Shown here: piece by piece, positions 1 through 14,300 of the stretch | How the letters are laid out: each line of letters starts with the position of its first letter | How positions within the stretch are numbered: position 1 is the first letter of the stretch | Source of the DNA: Balanoglossus misakiensis | Taxonomy: Eukaryota > Animalia > Hemichordata | Assembly (NCBI GenBank): GCA_040954595.2 | Contig: CM082587.2 | Span: 3,170,275 to 3,234,274, forward strand | DNA: 64,000 bases | Reading direction: 5' to 3' | Notes under the pieces: generated by a model | The model's input: only the letters and a program-made list of their open reading frames with translations | Told to the model about the DNA's origin: nothing | Databases searched by the model: none | Position numbers and translations under genes: made by a program

Positions 1-3000
1 AAGAGTTGAGATAGATGAACTATGTGTGAAGGTCACGGAAATTCCATTTGAGAGATATTTTCTTTATCATCAATAAAGTATTATGTTAGTTATAAAACAA
101 TGAAATATGGAAATAATTCCTCGTCGTACATTAAACTTTGAAACTTCCCAGCTAAACTGAAATAGCTGAAGTTTGATTGACAAAATCTCTTGGGGAACAG
201 GACTGCTGGGGGAAAGGTTAGTGTATTTAAGAGGATGGGACCCGACATCACCAAACATCAAAAATTAATTATTAAAGTCATATCCAGCACATATCTTGTG
301 CGCGGACTTAGTCACGTCCTTAATATGTGCGGTCATAGCTGGCTTAATTTTTGACAAGATCCGTGATTGTGCCGAGTCGATGGTAAACTATTAATAAATA
401 CAGTTGTCAACTTGGAGACACGAGTCTTGTATGTGGATTCAGCCATGTCTTCGATGGGTGAGGTCATTACTGGTTCAAGTAATAAGATTATCTGTAACAT
501 GATGAAAGCAAAATCTGGCTCAACTTTGGAACGATTATATAGACTTTGCAGGACAGACAACTTGGTATAGGTCACACATACCAAAGTTTGATTCTTCATG
601 ACCTGAGCTAAAGTGTGACAAAAGTTATAACTTTGGGAGTGGGTGTTATTTTTGGCATGGAATTAAAAAAGATTAACCATCACACAAAGTTGAAATTTGA
701 GAATACCAGTAAACAGGATGTACGACTTTAAAACTTTTTTTTCCAGAAATGACTCAACAACTAAAACCACTGCCCGGATCACTGGCACCGACTGGTACCT
801 TTTTGTGAATGAATGATATCATACTTTATCAGCAAAGTGTCGTGCATTTTCCCTGCAAGGTGTGGTAATATCAATAATGACATCATCATATTGGGGCGTA
901 TTCAATCACCACAACATATTTCAGTGTCTACTCGGGAAGTGGTAGGTCAAGACACTGACTGGTACAGTTGTCTTGGTAATCTGTGCATTTCTGCACGTAA
1001 TGTCCTTGAGACAACTTGTTTCGATCTGTAAAATTTTACCCATTACTCACGTGGTTATTAATGTACATGATAGCCTTGGCACACACAAAATATATAAAAT
1101 ATTGAAAATCGTTTCATAAACATACTTTGTTCAGCTTATCAAGCTATGCATGATCAATCTGTTTTCGTCCTGAGCTATCAAATCCTTGAAACTGACCTGT
1201 CAGCTTTTACAATATAAAGCCTAGCCCTTAAGCCAGAGTTTATCAAAATATATCAATTACAGTTTTTAAATATTTGCTGTTGTGAATAATTTTCCTCCCG
1301 AGCAAAACGAAACATCTCGATCAATAAAAAATCATGTTCTTGGCAGAAACAATGTGATGAGCTTGTTTTTGGCAGCTTCGTATTGATCCCTTATCGCTAG
1401 GATGCTTAACAATTTGAAATGTAAATATTGACTTTTCTCAAGTATTAATTTGACCTCAGGTGCCCATCTCGAAGTACGCTGCATGAGCAACCGAGTGAGG
1501 TTCGTTATTTCAGATTATCGAGAATCATAGCTTGCAAGTTCTGAATCCCAAATTATGAGAATGAATGTGATGTTACTCCAATGCATTATGGTTTCCAAGC
1601 CTGCGTGGTGGACCCGCATCGATGGAGATTCCATTCGGATTCCATAAAGATTTTGAAGAAAAGATTTGACAGATGCGTTCTTCAGTAACAATCTCTGAAC
1701 TTTCGAGGAAATGTATAATGAAGTCTTTCAGTGAATCCATGCAAATGTTTTGGTGGTGCTGAAGAGCATATGAGCACAATGGTAAAATTGATTGAGCTAA
1801 TTAATAACCCATAGAATTCTGCTTTACATGATGCTGTACATCCTTACACAATCTTGAAAGCATGGTGGGGAAATTCAAATGGAAACGCCCATGCATCTTG
1901 CACAGCCCTGCAAGAGTTTAGCGAACTATCAGGAAAAACTGAGCAAAAGGTGAGGGAACTTTTGTATGTATGATAAAGGCAAACAAGGCTATTCAAAGGT
2001 TACAAAATACAGGAAGTATAATTTTATCGCAATCAGCCTGGTTGGTGCATCAGCCACTCAACAACCGCTGCCGAGAGTGTGCCAAGAATAATAACTTCAA
2101 TTAGGGTAGCTTTTTTTTCTCACCTTCAAATGTGTGAACTGAACAGATTGGGTGTGACGAACAACTGTTTTGTAAGCTCTCAATAGTTACAAAATTGACC
2201 CTCACTACCCATCATGCAATCTTTGCAGTTGAAATGTTTGACAGTATCCCATATCTTTAAAATACCCATATCTATCTGTTGGATTTGTTATCAGTCTAGA
2301 CCACCGATGCAACCTTTCACATGGTCTCTTTGGACATGCAGTCTCATCTCTGGACACGTTTTTACAGCACCTAGCTTTGAAACACTTGCAACTTTCGAGA
2401 AGTCGTGACTGTGTGTGGAGCATAGCGAAAAAACACACAAGTCTGGATTCAAGACTTGGTCAACCCATGCTCCCTCCACGAATGTCAACCTGACAGTTGT
2501 TACATCATCTTAAATGGAACACAGTCAACTGCAAACAAGCAAACAATCTTGAACAAGTACACAGTTCTAACAACCCCACGGCTACACAACAAGTCTAGTT
2601 ACAACCTCTGAATGCTTGGTGAACACCCACCTACCTACAGTTTGAATTAAGGATTTTTCAGTGATGCTGTTTTGACCAAAAATGCAATATTTACCACTCC
2701 TTTTGAACTACAGTAGTCCACACAGCACTTGTGTTATCACTGTGCAGTCACTACAGGTCTAGATTCGCACACCAGTTCTTGTTGAGACTGATCGAGTCAC
2801 TGAAATATTTTCCAAGAAAATTGAAAAAAACAATGCAGATAAAAATGTTTGCCCATTTTCCCAGGCTGTGAACAGTGGCACCTTTTGAATGTTTGTCAAC
2901 GGAAAGCATTAGACTACTAGCACTTAAACACTGATTCCCTACAAAAACAACAGGTACAAGCTAATTTATTTTATTGCCCTTAATTACCAATAAAAGGCTT

Positions 3001-5122
3001 GTGTAACTTTTAACACCTTGCTAAGTCGTCAATAGCATGTGCTGTAGTTAGGATGGTAAGCACCTCCCGAAATAAAACTGCTTGGCTGCCAGCCAGGCAG
3101 ATGAGTACTGATTGCAATAAAAATCACCTCTACAGAATCATTTAATTACATCACAAACAGCCTGGTTCGATAAAGCTCCATTCACTTTAAGATTTGGCTA
3201 TTTTCCAGTATTTTTGTTTGAAGAGCATCAACCATTTTGGATTAGATGTAAGTCACAGCATTGCTGATGAAATAATTTGAATACTTGCGATGGAGCAAAC
3301 TGGAAAAGGTATAATTAATCCCACTGGTGCAGCTCAGATGACGAGAGCCTGAAATTATGTCCATCTGCTGCATAACCTTGCTTTCATTGTCAGGGAACGG
3401 AATGACACTGTCCACACATGTTGGGTGAAAACGGGTGGTCGCTGTAGGAGAGATGGTTGGTTGCCAAGGTGGCAAAGCAACCACCATTTTGGGAGAGCTC
3501 CAGATACATGTCTGCCGGCCACTATAAAGTGCACTAAGCCAGTCAATGGGGACAATTACTGAATGAGATGATCGGATTTGCTAATTAATTCTTACAACAC
3601 CACCAAGAATCTTAGCAGTCAAATGTAACCCTCAACACCATTCTTTTTGATTGCCTGCTACGACAATGCTCATTGATCTGCAGTGTTTCACAGGCTTCTC
3701 CGTTGCGCCGTGGTGATGGCTTGTTTGTTTACCGTTGCCATGACACTTCTTCCATCTTAAACGTTGCCTGCAAATTTGCTGACTAAATGTAGTTACTGTC
3801 AACAAGTTTTTGAGTCCTTGTGCATTGTTATGCAAACCACCCGTCAAAAACAGGAATAAAACTGGCAGGCAGCTTGCCAACTTCTGATGCATTTATCTTC
3901 AATTTTGCCAAGTACCCTAAAAGAGAATTACTTCATAGTGGTGAATATAAGTAGAAGACCTTGGTGGGACTGAGAAGGATAAATGCAACAAGTTTATTAA
4001 ACCTATACACATCACAGCTGCATTACAAAATTATAACATACATGCTAAAAACTGTATTCTATTGAATTAGAAAACAGTATTTTGATCGCTGACCTTAACA
4101 GAACCACACAGCAGACACATGGGGCCAGTACTCTAAGAGTCTAACATGTGCAATGAACAACGCCAAGGTAACCGCCCATCATGACCTTGAGGAGTGAAGC
4201 AGTGACATTTGTCCCCTTCTCCAAAAAAAGAGGAGAGGTCAGAGTTTGTTTAATGAAAAATGTTCACAAAGGCACCTGAGTGAATGGAGCCGTGGCCGTG
4301 AGGCAGTCAATGACAGTTTGATGGAGGAACTGAGCCTTTAATATAGGACTGATTGGGTCATTGTAGCCTATTATGTTGACACAGGAAAATGACGATGAGT
4401 GTATCACGTACCAAACAAAGTTTTTCAATTTAAACTTCTTCAAACTTCATACTGGTATAAATGTTGTATCCTAATTCCTTGTTTTTGTTGCTGCCAAATT
4501 TCAATAAGTTAGACAGAAATTGACACTCCTAATCACCCTTTTGGGTAAAAACATGGCTGAACTAGTTACATAAGACTGCAGACTTTATAGAGATGTTGCA
4601 AATTGATATTGTCACATATTAATAAAATAAATCATTTACCTGTATTGTCTGTTAATGAGTATACCTTTAGTATGGCCTTACAGGGCGAGACCAGGTGATA
4701 TATGATGATTTTGAATTTTTAACTGTAAAAATATGATGAGTTTTATAGAACCACTCTTTGTAATTGACTGTTTTTTAAGTCATATATTCAATATGCATTT
4801 ATTGCAAGACTATTCGTCACAAAAACTGTCAGAAGTGCCTTTATAAGAGACATTGAGATTGAGAAGATGAGACAAAGATCCTCCTTGCACATGGGCTGGT
4901 AGTGAGTGGTACTTCTCTAAGTTACATAGTCCATAGACTAGAAGTCTGAAGGAAAAACAGACAGGCAAATACACACACACACACACAGGCAGACACTGAG
5001 ACAGACACTGGGACAGACAGACAGACAGACGGAAAATCATATAGACATACGTGCAGTCAGAGACAAATGGGATGCAGAAGATAGATAATAGGTATGCGCA
5101 ATGGTGATGACTGACCACTTAC
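1..5122 (-). other. Intron following the first coding exon of the neverland-like gene (runs off the left edge)
   Basis: Begins with minus-strand GTAAGT at 5122-5117. I found no Rieske C-x-H...C-x2-H exon in 1-5122, either by eye or in the ORF track, so exon 2 is probably outside the window. Confidence 0.7.
4957..5030. repeat. Compound (CA)n/(GACA)n microsatellite
   Basis: acacacacacacacac followed by gacagacagacagacagac, about 90 bp inside the intron. Confidence 0.85.
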
Positions 5123-5549
5123 CTAAAATTGTCAAATGTTTCTTTTCGCCGATTTTCAGTTGCCATGAGTCCAACACGCGGAACCAGCCATTTGGATAAA
5201 CGGGAGGGAGGTCCCCTCTCGCCCGTCGCTTTCTGACTTCGTTGGCAACTTCTGCCTTCCTCCGGCCGTTTTCGACGACGTACCCAACATCTTCGAGGTT
5301 TTTAACCCTGACCAGTGGCGAAAACAGAAGTTTGTACAGCTGAATGAAGATGTACGCCACAAGTGGGTACAGGAGGAGTTCGAGAGGGGACCTCTCCCCC
5401 AACAGTTCAACCGCCGAACTGAGGACGACCCGCGATGTCTGGTATACTTTCTCGCCGTACGGCATAAAGCTCCAGCCTTCCGGCCCGGCCGTCGAAGCCA
5501 AGAGGACGACGATCCCGGACGAAACGAACACAGACCAGGTGGACGGCAT
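5123..5549 (-). CDS. nvd: Cholesterol 7-desaturase (neverland / DAF-36, Rieske oxygenase), first coding exon
   Basis: From the ATG at 5549 the translation is MPSTWSVFVSSGIVVLLA...LLLYPLVAYIFIQLYKLLFSPLVRVKNLEDVGY...ANEVRKRRARGDLPPVYPNGWFRVLDSWQLKIGEKKHLTILG. A membrane anchor followed by LxDVGY and RRxxGDLPPVYPNGWF is the characteristic N-terminus of Neverland/DAF-36 ahead of the Rieske domain. Similarity ends at a canonical donor TTAG|GTAAGT; the exon is 427 nt, giving a phase-1 intron. Confidence 0.92.
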
Positions 5550-5930
5550 TGTCGAGTCTCTTTGGGGGTGCAGTGCTCGCAATGTACCTCTCAACAGCGA
5601 CGGTGGCCGGTGTACTGATCGCGATCGCGAAGATGAAACTATGATACTGGCGACACTTGGTGTACGTGCGATCGCGGCGGTACACTGCTCGTCACTGACA
5701 GGTACAGGAACACGCACTATCTGGTCTTTGGACACTCCAGTTTCCAGAGATCCGTTGTCACGCCGCTTTAGTAAACACAGCTGATAAACGGATGACACAT
5801 TTGAGGCCTGGTTGTGTCTGATACGATAATCACGTGACTCTCATGTGTCAAAGGTCGTTCAATTTCACGTGTCCGTATCCCGGACGCCCCACAGCCGTTG
5901 TTGTCATTACCTACGGTAACCATGGAGATA
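5550..5930 (-). promoter_or_regulatory. CpG-rich 5' UTR / proximal promoter of the neverland-like gene
   Basis: GC/CpG-rich relative to flanks, with no minus-strand ATG between 5550 and 5797. Contains an E-box CACGTG near 5831 and an X-box-like GTAACCATGGAGAT at 5916-5929. Confidence 0.5.
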
Positions 5931-8900
5931 TCTGTAGCCATAGACCCAAGAAAGAACCCACACAATTTACAATTTATAAATACTGTAGGGGAAGGGGGAC
6001 AAACAGCGCATTTGACATGGATTATTTTATATCACATTACTCGCTTTTATAAGTTATAAAATTCAGGTTAATTAAATAATTTTCTTCTCTAGAAAATAAA
6101 GGAACATATGATTGTCTCCAAGATGCACTGTGATATAAACAATTAAAGCCTGCCTGTTTGCAATGATGCGGGTCCTATATACATGTAGTAAAATTAAAAT
6201 ATTCTTTCTGCCAACATTTTGTGTGTATTTTGTTTTTTTCTGGCAACTATGTGTCCTTTATTGGATTCATACCCATACCCACAGACTGTAGACTGTCCCA
6301 TCAGCATTTTGTGGATACACAGGACTAGTACATGGAACTAGTGCAGCACCACCCAGCTACTTTCTGAGCAAACCTTTTGTTTTTACCAAAGTCTGCACTG
6401 CAGTGTTCCCTTGTTTCTTTTACTCAGAATTCCAACTTCTTGTGACAGGTGAAGAAAGTGGGTGCATAGCGCCACCAACCGGTAAATCTTGTGCTTGCAC
6501 ATCCAATTTGAAAGTTGATGAACATTTTCTAATAAATAAAGTGTTAATTTTCTTCTGGGCATTCCACACTGTGCCTAATACCAGATTGTAAACTAGATTG
6601 TTTTTCTTTTGTAATTGACCTGTCCATCTCCGGCTGGTCTACATACAACCACGTGTGGTGCAGAACCTCAAAGTTTACACTGTCATCACACATTTCTTGG
6701 TGTGTGTCGAGCGATGGTTGATCCCTTTGTTCCAAATGATTTATTGCGAGAGAAACTGATGCTTGGTGTCATACTGGGTTGACTGTTTTTATATGCTTGG
6801 TTTGACGAGCGTCATCTATCGCCCTCATACAAACAAAACCCCAATGAAGTATAAGTGTCACACTAAAAGTCATATCTTCGTCGTTTTATTTTTTCATATT
6901 GAAGAGACCTCCTCTCCCTGTGCACATAAATTGTTAATTATTCAAAATGGTTGAAACGCCCGCGCTACGTAAGGGAATTTTAACTCATTATGGTAAATGG
7001 TCAAATGAGCGAACGGAGAATACATGGCCAGGTGTTCCTCAAAAGGGACGTGATGGCGCAAGAAAATATTTTGTGTTGTCTGTGCAATAACTAACCATTA
7101 ATGATCAATGTATAAACGGAGAACCAGACGACCGATGAAGAGGTATGATGGAGTAGGTCAAAGGTCACCCACATTTGGAAACAAGGTTTGGTTCCTTATT
7201 CGCCTATGTGAATCAATGTGTAAATAAAAAAGTATCATTGATTATGACATGTAAATGCCAACATTAACCTGGGTGATACATGTACATGGTTACTCTCCTT
7301 TAAGTGAATTATTTTGTACTATTTTCGTCGTTGTCGTTTTCGTCTTACTCCACTTAAAAGTCATTTAACTTCCGTTAGCACCTGCAGATGTAGAACCGAG
7401 GGTATTGGAATCGGCACCACATTTTCTCTGCAGGGGATGGATTATTACCATCGACCGGGAGCAAAATAACATCCTGTTTTTTTCATTTTTTTCTTATATT
7501 TGGATGATTTACGTCTATATCGAGTTCAATGACATAACGATGACGTCAGCATCGCATGGGTAAAATAACACTCGAGGTTCACTTGCCAGAATCACTCATA
7601 TTTCACTGCAATGCACAGAAACGTGATTTTTACAATAAATTGATGGCAATCTCACGAACGAAAACGAAAAAAACCCTCATTTCATTTTTATGTCTTTCAA
7701 GATGGGTAGCAATCAAATAATGCTTTGTTTTTGCGATGTTATTGGAAATTAAAGCGGAAATAATGCTACTTAGACGGATTCAAAGCTTTCGTTCTCATTA
7801 CATGCATGTCTGATGGAGGTCAGGGTGGTTACAACACAATCGCGTAATCCATATCTGTAGTTATAAGTTAAAAGCTCTTGTGGTCGAATTTTCCTTTATA
7901 ATTCAAAAGTTTCTGCCATTTGGGTCCAGAAAGCAAATGTTCTTGTGACTGTTGAGATAGGTGGTTATATCTACATTTCCTCTATTACACGGACTGTACG
8001 TGGTTTATCTTGTGAATACGATAAACACCAACCATACAGTAACTACTATCATAATGGTAAATAACCGTGAAGATTAAGACTTCCATATGTGTCAGCGGAG
8101 GGAATTAAGTCCCAGGTGGAATTAAATTCCCAGGTGTATTGACCTATCCCACTTTCAGTGACAAAGGACTTCTAATTGTGTCTTAGTTCAGACACATCAT
8201 GGGATCAATAAATTAAGCCAGCCCAGATGTGAAAGGGGGCGGGGAGGGTAGGGCTGGTGTTTCATCTTAGAGGAGGGGGGTTATCAACTTTTCGAAACAA
8301 GCACAGAGCTGTTTCGCCATTTGATTTTTCCTAGCTATTCAATCAAACCGTTAAATGCGAACAGGGATGCCCGAAACGTTTACTTCACGCGAGAACTTAT
8401 TGCTTGCCTGTCGCTTTCCATATTGAGAAGGGCGACTTGAAGAACCCACTGCCAGTCCCCAACTCTCACAACCCGGTGCCTTTCATTCTATCTGCAGGTC
8501 GACGAGGTCAGAGAAATGATGGAGTGATGCGAGAGCATATTCTCTCAAAGTGTCCCCACACGTGGCAGGTAGCTGCTTCATAAATGAGACATTTTTTACA
8601 TCTCCGCGCAGTGTTGCAAATGAAACCGCATGCGGCTTGGCATTCGCGTTTACACACGCAGATACATAAAAATCTTATCGAGTGTATTACGACTATTGCT
8701 GCAGGCACCTAGCAGCACGTATTTCAAAAATGATGTATGAATGGTTATTAGACCACCTGTCGCGATTGAGAGTAAATATGAATCCGTTATCATAATCCCA
8801 ACTGATATTGCTTCTTTTTCTAGCGAGCGAGGAGGATGACGTATATGTATATCTCCCGGCTTCATCTCTCGCACATCGAAAGATGCCCGAACGTCAAGCA

Positions 8901-9488
8901 CAGAGCCATCTGGGGGACAACCATAAAAGTTTGGCGATCAGCAACGAGTGACATGGCGCATGGCATAAAAAGAGAGAGATAAGGCTTAATGATCTGCCGG
9001 GAAAACTGAAACTCGGGAGACGTGTCACCGGTTATATTGCATGTTATTTCTATTCTTAGCCGCCGGTGAAATACCAATAGTGAGGTCATGTAAGCATTAC
9101 ATAATTATGACTGCATAGGAAATAAAACCAGGTAATATAAAGCGGGCAATTTGCCATTAAAAGTTTTATTTATGAACGGAAGTTATTGTAATAATGTTGC
9201 CACGCTTACAATAATGGACCCAGCAAACGATTTAATATCTGATATTTTTTTGCCATTGTTTTTATTGCATTCCGCCTCTGTATTCAGTCTTTCGTATGCA
9301 CACACCATATTTCTGTGTTTGCTTGTCATTTTGACTGGTAAGGCGTTGTCTTTGAGTGGAAAATGAAGGTTTACGCATATACCCTGGTCTCGGTAGGTGC
9401 ATATAGACAAAGATCTCCCTATTGTCCGTATTCTTTGTTTACCCCACTCGTGACTTCTCACAGTCCAGCCCCTCCCCTCGACCTATTC

Positions 9489-9690
9489 GGGGCGGTAGGC
9501 AGGAGGGGGGGGGTGTTGTAATTTATGCCACGATTCCATAAAACTGTTTCGTATCATCACTCTGGCATGCTGTTGATATTTAAGAAGTCTGCCAAACTTT
9601 CTGTGCCGCGGTATACAGCCTTCTATAGAAGTCAAGGAACTTATCCAACATTTTGTACTCGACCCCCCCCCCCCCCATCCTACATGCCCC
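9489..9690. mobile_element. Degenerate MITE-like element with G-rich/C-rich inverted ends
   Basis: Left end ggggcggtaggcaggaggggggggg resembles the reverse complement of the right end, ggggcatgtaggatgggggggggggg. No clear target-site duplication. Confidence 0.3.
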
Positions 9691-11235
9691 AATCCCTTTC
9701 GATGTAATCCCATCACTACGGAAAATGTCATTTTCGTAGCTGTAGTTCCACATGTCTGGCATTTTCACCATCGCTTGATCTTTAAGAGAGGGAAAAAATA
9801 CCTCTAAAACGCATCTTAATTTTCAAGTCTGACGCATTTGCTTAAATGATTCACAGCGGAAGCAATAGCCGAAGCACTTAGGATTATTCTTGTCGCTATA
9901 TTAGTTTACGCTCAGCGACAATTACGTCAACTTTCTCTGGGCTGTAATCCAGCACGGAGTGGTCGTTAGAGATTATACATTTGGGAATTATCCTGAATTG
10001 AGAGGCGGACGCTCATCACAAAATAATTTGAAAACTCTAATAATCAAATTTGATGTGGTTTTCGGTCGTACCAGTTGTATACTGCACATAAATGTGGCTT
10101 GGGAAAATGTATATGTAGGTTTTAACGGCGCAAATAAGCTCTTAATGTGATAAAAGTGACTGCTATCTGAGACGATTATGGGCATCATGTCAATTTGCTT
10201 GGGAAAGCAATCATAGCCACAGGTCGTCAATTCTGCCACCCCGCGTCTCTCTATTAACCACAGATGGCAGACACTTTAGAGAAGTTCATTTCATTTTCAC
10301 TTGAACGGTTAAATTTTGACGAAGCGTTTGCAGACTGCATTAGCCCTACACATGCATGGAAAGCGTGTAGTCATCCCCCCCACCCCTTCCGCACGCCCCC
10401 CCCCCCTTCCAGAGAGGCAAACGGTTAAACTGACCAAATTCCAGATCAATCGCTAACAGAGCATGCATGTATGCATGCAAGTGAGCGATGTATTAAGTGA
10501 CATATTATGAGTTGGGCAGATAACCAGAAATGTCGCCATTATATTATCCTGCTCCGCTGCAAATTGCTTGATGTCGTGAGATTTCCATGACAGGGTCTCT
10601 GTGTCTCGCGATCACTAGCTTGATGTGAGCGTTGCAGCCATCATCTTCAACACACCCCAGCTGAGAGTACTTCTCGATAAAATAGTCGTGTGTCTGTTAA
10701 TGTCTGTTAAGGGTACCGGCGAATCTCCCATTACAAGATGATGCGTAACACAGTTATCTTCGCTTTCATCGACCTTCTAATATATATTTCCCTGGTAATT
10801 TTTTTCACCAGCGACGGATATCACAACTCCTGAATGACTTTAAATGCTCTATTGCATACATTTGTTTCAAATGGCCCAAATTGCGCGTTTGTTTATGTAA
10901 GCTTTTGGTTTATCAAGCACATTTATCGTATAAAACAGACCATGGCGATTGGGTAGATTGTATAAAGCACTGGATAGTAGTTGAAGCCAGTTTACGAAAT
11001 TTGTACTCCTATGGAAAGGCTTATCTTTAAAGCCATCGTCTTAACCCCAGGTGCCATGCCGCCCAGTGGCGCTCTGAAAACCGCTCTACTGGTTCAATCC
11101 GTGGTCGGGTAGCCTAGAACATGTGCCCGCAGAGCTAACCGTATACATCACTCAGGGTGGGTGGGGGCTGCGTTGTACATAGGTTGGCGGTTCAAGTTGA
11201 ATGAATGCGTAAAATGATTAATGTACGACGAACGG

Positions 11236-11352
11236 TGAATGAGTGAACGACTGACTGAATGAATGAGTGACAGATAGCGGGATGAATGAATGGAAGAATG
11301 AGTGAATGAATGAATGAATGAATGAATGAATGAATGAGTGAATGAATGAATG
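11236..11352. repeat. (GAAT)n microsatellite
   Basis: Imperfect then perfect tgaatgaatgaa run. Confidence 0.9.
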
Positions 11353-14300
11353 AAACGAAACTGCAGTTTCTGAGCAGAAAGACCCTGTGTTGTGAATATA
11401 ATATCTCATTGAAATACACCTTCATATTACTTCCATACATTACACTGATGGGGCACAATACAATGACGCCAATATCACAGCAGGACATGAATAGAATCCA
11501 TAAGACTCTTTTAAGTTTGGCGTGCAGTATTGACGAGGTGAACTGAAATGAAATACAGATTATCATACTTTTTGTATTTCACATATTTTCCTCAGAAGAT
11601 TGAAGGCATTCTGTCTGACTTCTATCAACTTAAACGTTATATCAATGGAGGCAGCCCACGTAATGGTTGAAGCAGTCTTCGGCCGGCTTTGACATTTTCC
11701 CCCACTGATTAGCGATGTAAATCTGCATATCTTCTCCGTAGCCAAATCCTTTTACTGTCAAATTGTACAATAATGTCGCCGCGTATTTGAAAAATGTAAA
11801 GCGAAATGATTTCGACAAGGTACAAAGGAAGACAACCGCAATAGAAAAAATAATGTCAGTCTTCTGTCCGTGTTCCTTTTCCGAAACAAAATCAGATGAG
11901 TTGGATCATCGTGGCCCTGAGGGGAAATAACTGTATCGACGTCTGCGCGCACTGCAGAGGCTGACCAGGCCAGTTCGAGGGAGCCATAACAGTCTGACCA
12001 AGACATAAAAATCAACGGTTATAAACTTTGCGAAAACATTTTTAAGGTGAACTAATAGAGTTCAACAAACGAACAAGAAGACTCGTGGAGCCAGTCGCGT
12101 TTCCGGCAACATACGCCACCGTCTGCACAACACAGATTTTTTTAAATCGACAAGCGGTAAGTTTACATAAAAACAATTTTCCATTTTGACTTCTGTTTGT
12201 TGACTTGATTTCTCTGAGCGTATATAGAAATTGGCATTTGGCAAATATCAGTAGTGCACTTGGATAATTAAAGATTTAAACAACACTTGGTTCCCTCACA
12301 TTTCCACATAGCCATCCATTATCCTCCAGGGATCGACCACCACAAAGTCGACATTTACCACGTCGTGACCTTTTGCAGTGATTACAAATGTATTTTAAAT
12401 AGCTCTTTTTATGAGCTAGATGTGTAATAAACTTTTTTGTGCGCAGGGGATTTGGGGAAAAATCAAACGGATCATTCCCAAACGTCTCGCCAGCGATATT
12501 TGTCTAAACAGTAAATCAATTCAGCCCTGGGCTTGACAAGTGATATAAAAAGCTCAAAATCCACAAGGGTGGCCTTTTTCTATTAGATATTACATTCTAC
12601 CTCATCTTTTAGTGCCCACGAAAAGATAGCTTGATCTGTCGGATAAAGGTAAATATTAGAGAAACGGAAAGGATTCTCATGGACACTTTCTCTTTTAGCT
12701 GTATATTAATGCTGTTTTTGTTTGTATTTTGACTACAGTTTTCTGTTCCGCTTCGTCAGAAGACTTAGATACAGCAGCATTTGTTCGCGAACTGTAAAGT
12801 GCAAAGACCGTTCTCATTCATATGGAACATCTGTATAATATAATTACGCAAATTTATCATACCTCATTATGTATATATTGAAATCTGTATCAAGGTCTGC
12901 CATTGCCATGGAAACACAGACAAAGAGTTGTCTATATGATGTAAATCAACGTGAACCCCTCTCGGTTAAGGCTTCTCGACAGATATCAAACATGTTTGCC
13001 TATACCGGTACTTTGCTTAGGAAAGTTTTCACTCCGCGTGTGGATCTACCGTAGTTGGCCCATGGGCAACGGAAGTCGTCATCATAAATTTAACATTGAG
13101 CAAGAGTCCAAAGCCGTGAGCAAATTTGATGTTATAGTCAAGCGAGAAAAAACAACGGGGTTTCGATTTTTGTGGAAATCAAGAAAGCCCAAGATCCCTC
13201 CGAGGTTTTTTGGGAAGGGGTTTTTCACACTGGCTTTAAAAGAGTAATGCAAGATGAAGTTCACTGAATGGCTTTCGTTTGTGTGAAATTCTTTTCTTCT
13301 GTCATGAATGCTGTCTTGGGTAAACGGCTGCTATTTTCGTGTCCTTCCTGGTGAGCTAAACTCTTCACTGCACGCCCACTCCAAATCGCTGGAGTGAGTG
13401 AGAACCGTTACCCCGGGTCATGCATGCCATGCTCCGATACTCCAGAAGACATTACCCACTTCTCTCAAATGTCACGCACTACAACGATTCCTAGATAAAA
13501 CAAACGACTTAGTTTGATTGCACCAGGAGAGAACTGCGTACTGAGCACTGTACATGTACATGTATATCACAATTTATGTTATTTTCCCCCACTCCCCCAG
13601 TAATGTGAAATCTATGTTTTGTGGAATGAGACATCAACGCTTAGTAATAAATCCATTGTTTAGGAAATTAAAAACTCCTGCAGATCGATCCGGTCTCAAA
13701 CATGCAAATACTTTGATCAATTACTGAGAATATACAGCGAAATTTTAAAAAATACAACAAAGCTTTGTGCTCGGATGAAGACGGGTATGTGATTAAAATT
13801 TACCATTTCTCCGGTTTCAACAAATTGATTTGGCGGAAATTAATACCCCCGTGTTTATTTCTTGACTACACGATACATTCTGTAAATATTTACCAACACT
13901 CTCCTCTGCGCTCTTATAGTCAAGGCCGCGCGAACGACCAGAAGAAATAACAGCTCAACAAGTACGGTGCCATGTACGTGCCGATAAGTGATTGCAATTT
14001 GATGGCAGGCTGCAAATATACCCGCCAATTGTTTACACATCAAAATGGGGCGATTTAATTCCGGACGATATGGGATCCCTTTTATGTGATTTGCGAAGTG
14101 TCAGTTTTGAAGTGGTGTCCTCATTTTTGCATTTTAAAAGACACAAGTTTATTGGTCTCAGGGGTAGACTTTTATGGGGATTGTCAAAATCGCTCGTTCC
14201 CGGGACGAACAGACGAAACGGCTACCGAATACCAACAAGCGATAAATGAACAAATGGCTGAACGAAATGGCGTCGTACTGTTTTGTCGTTTGAAGCAGAG

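Noticed and set aside
5550-5798. 83-codon in-frame N-terminal extension of the nvd ORF in the supplied track
   Set aside because: It starts at a non-ATG codon, is Ser/Arg/Pro-rich with no family similarity, and is best explained as GC-rich 5' UTR. The tail 5037-5122 is read-through into the intron.
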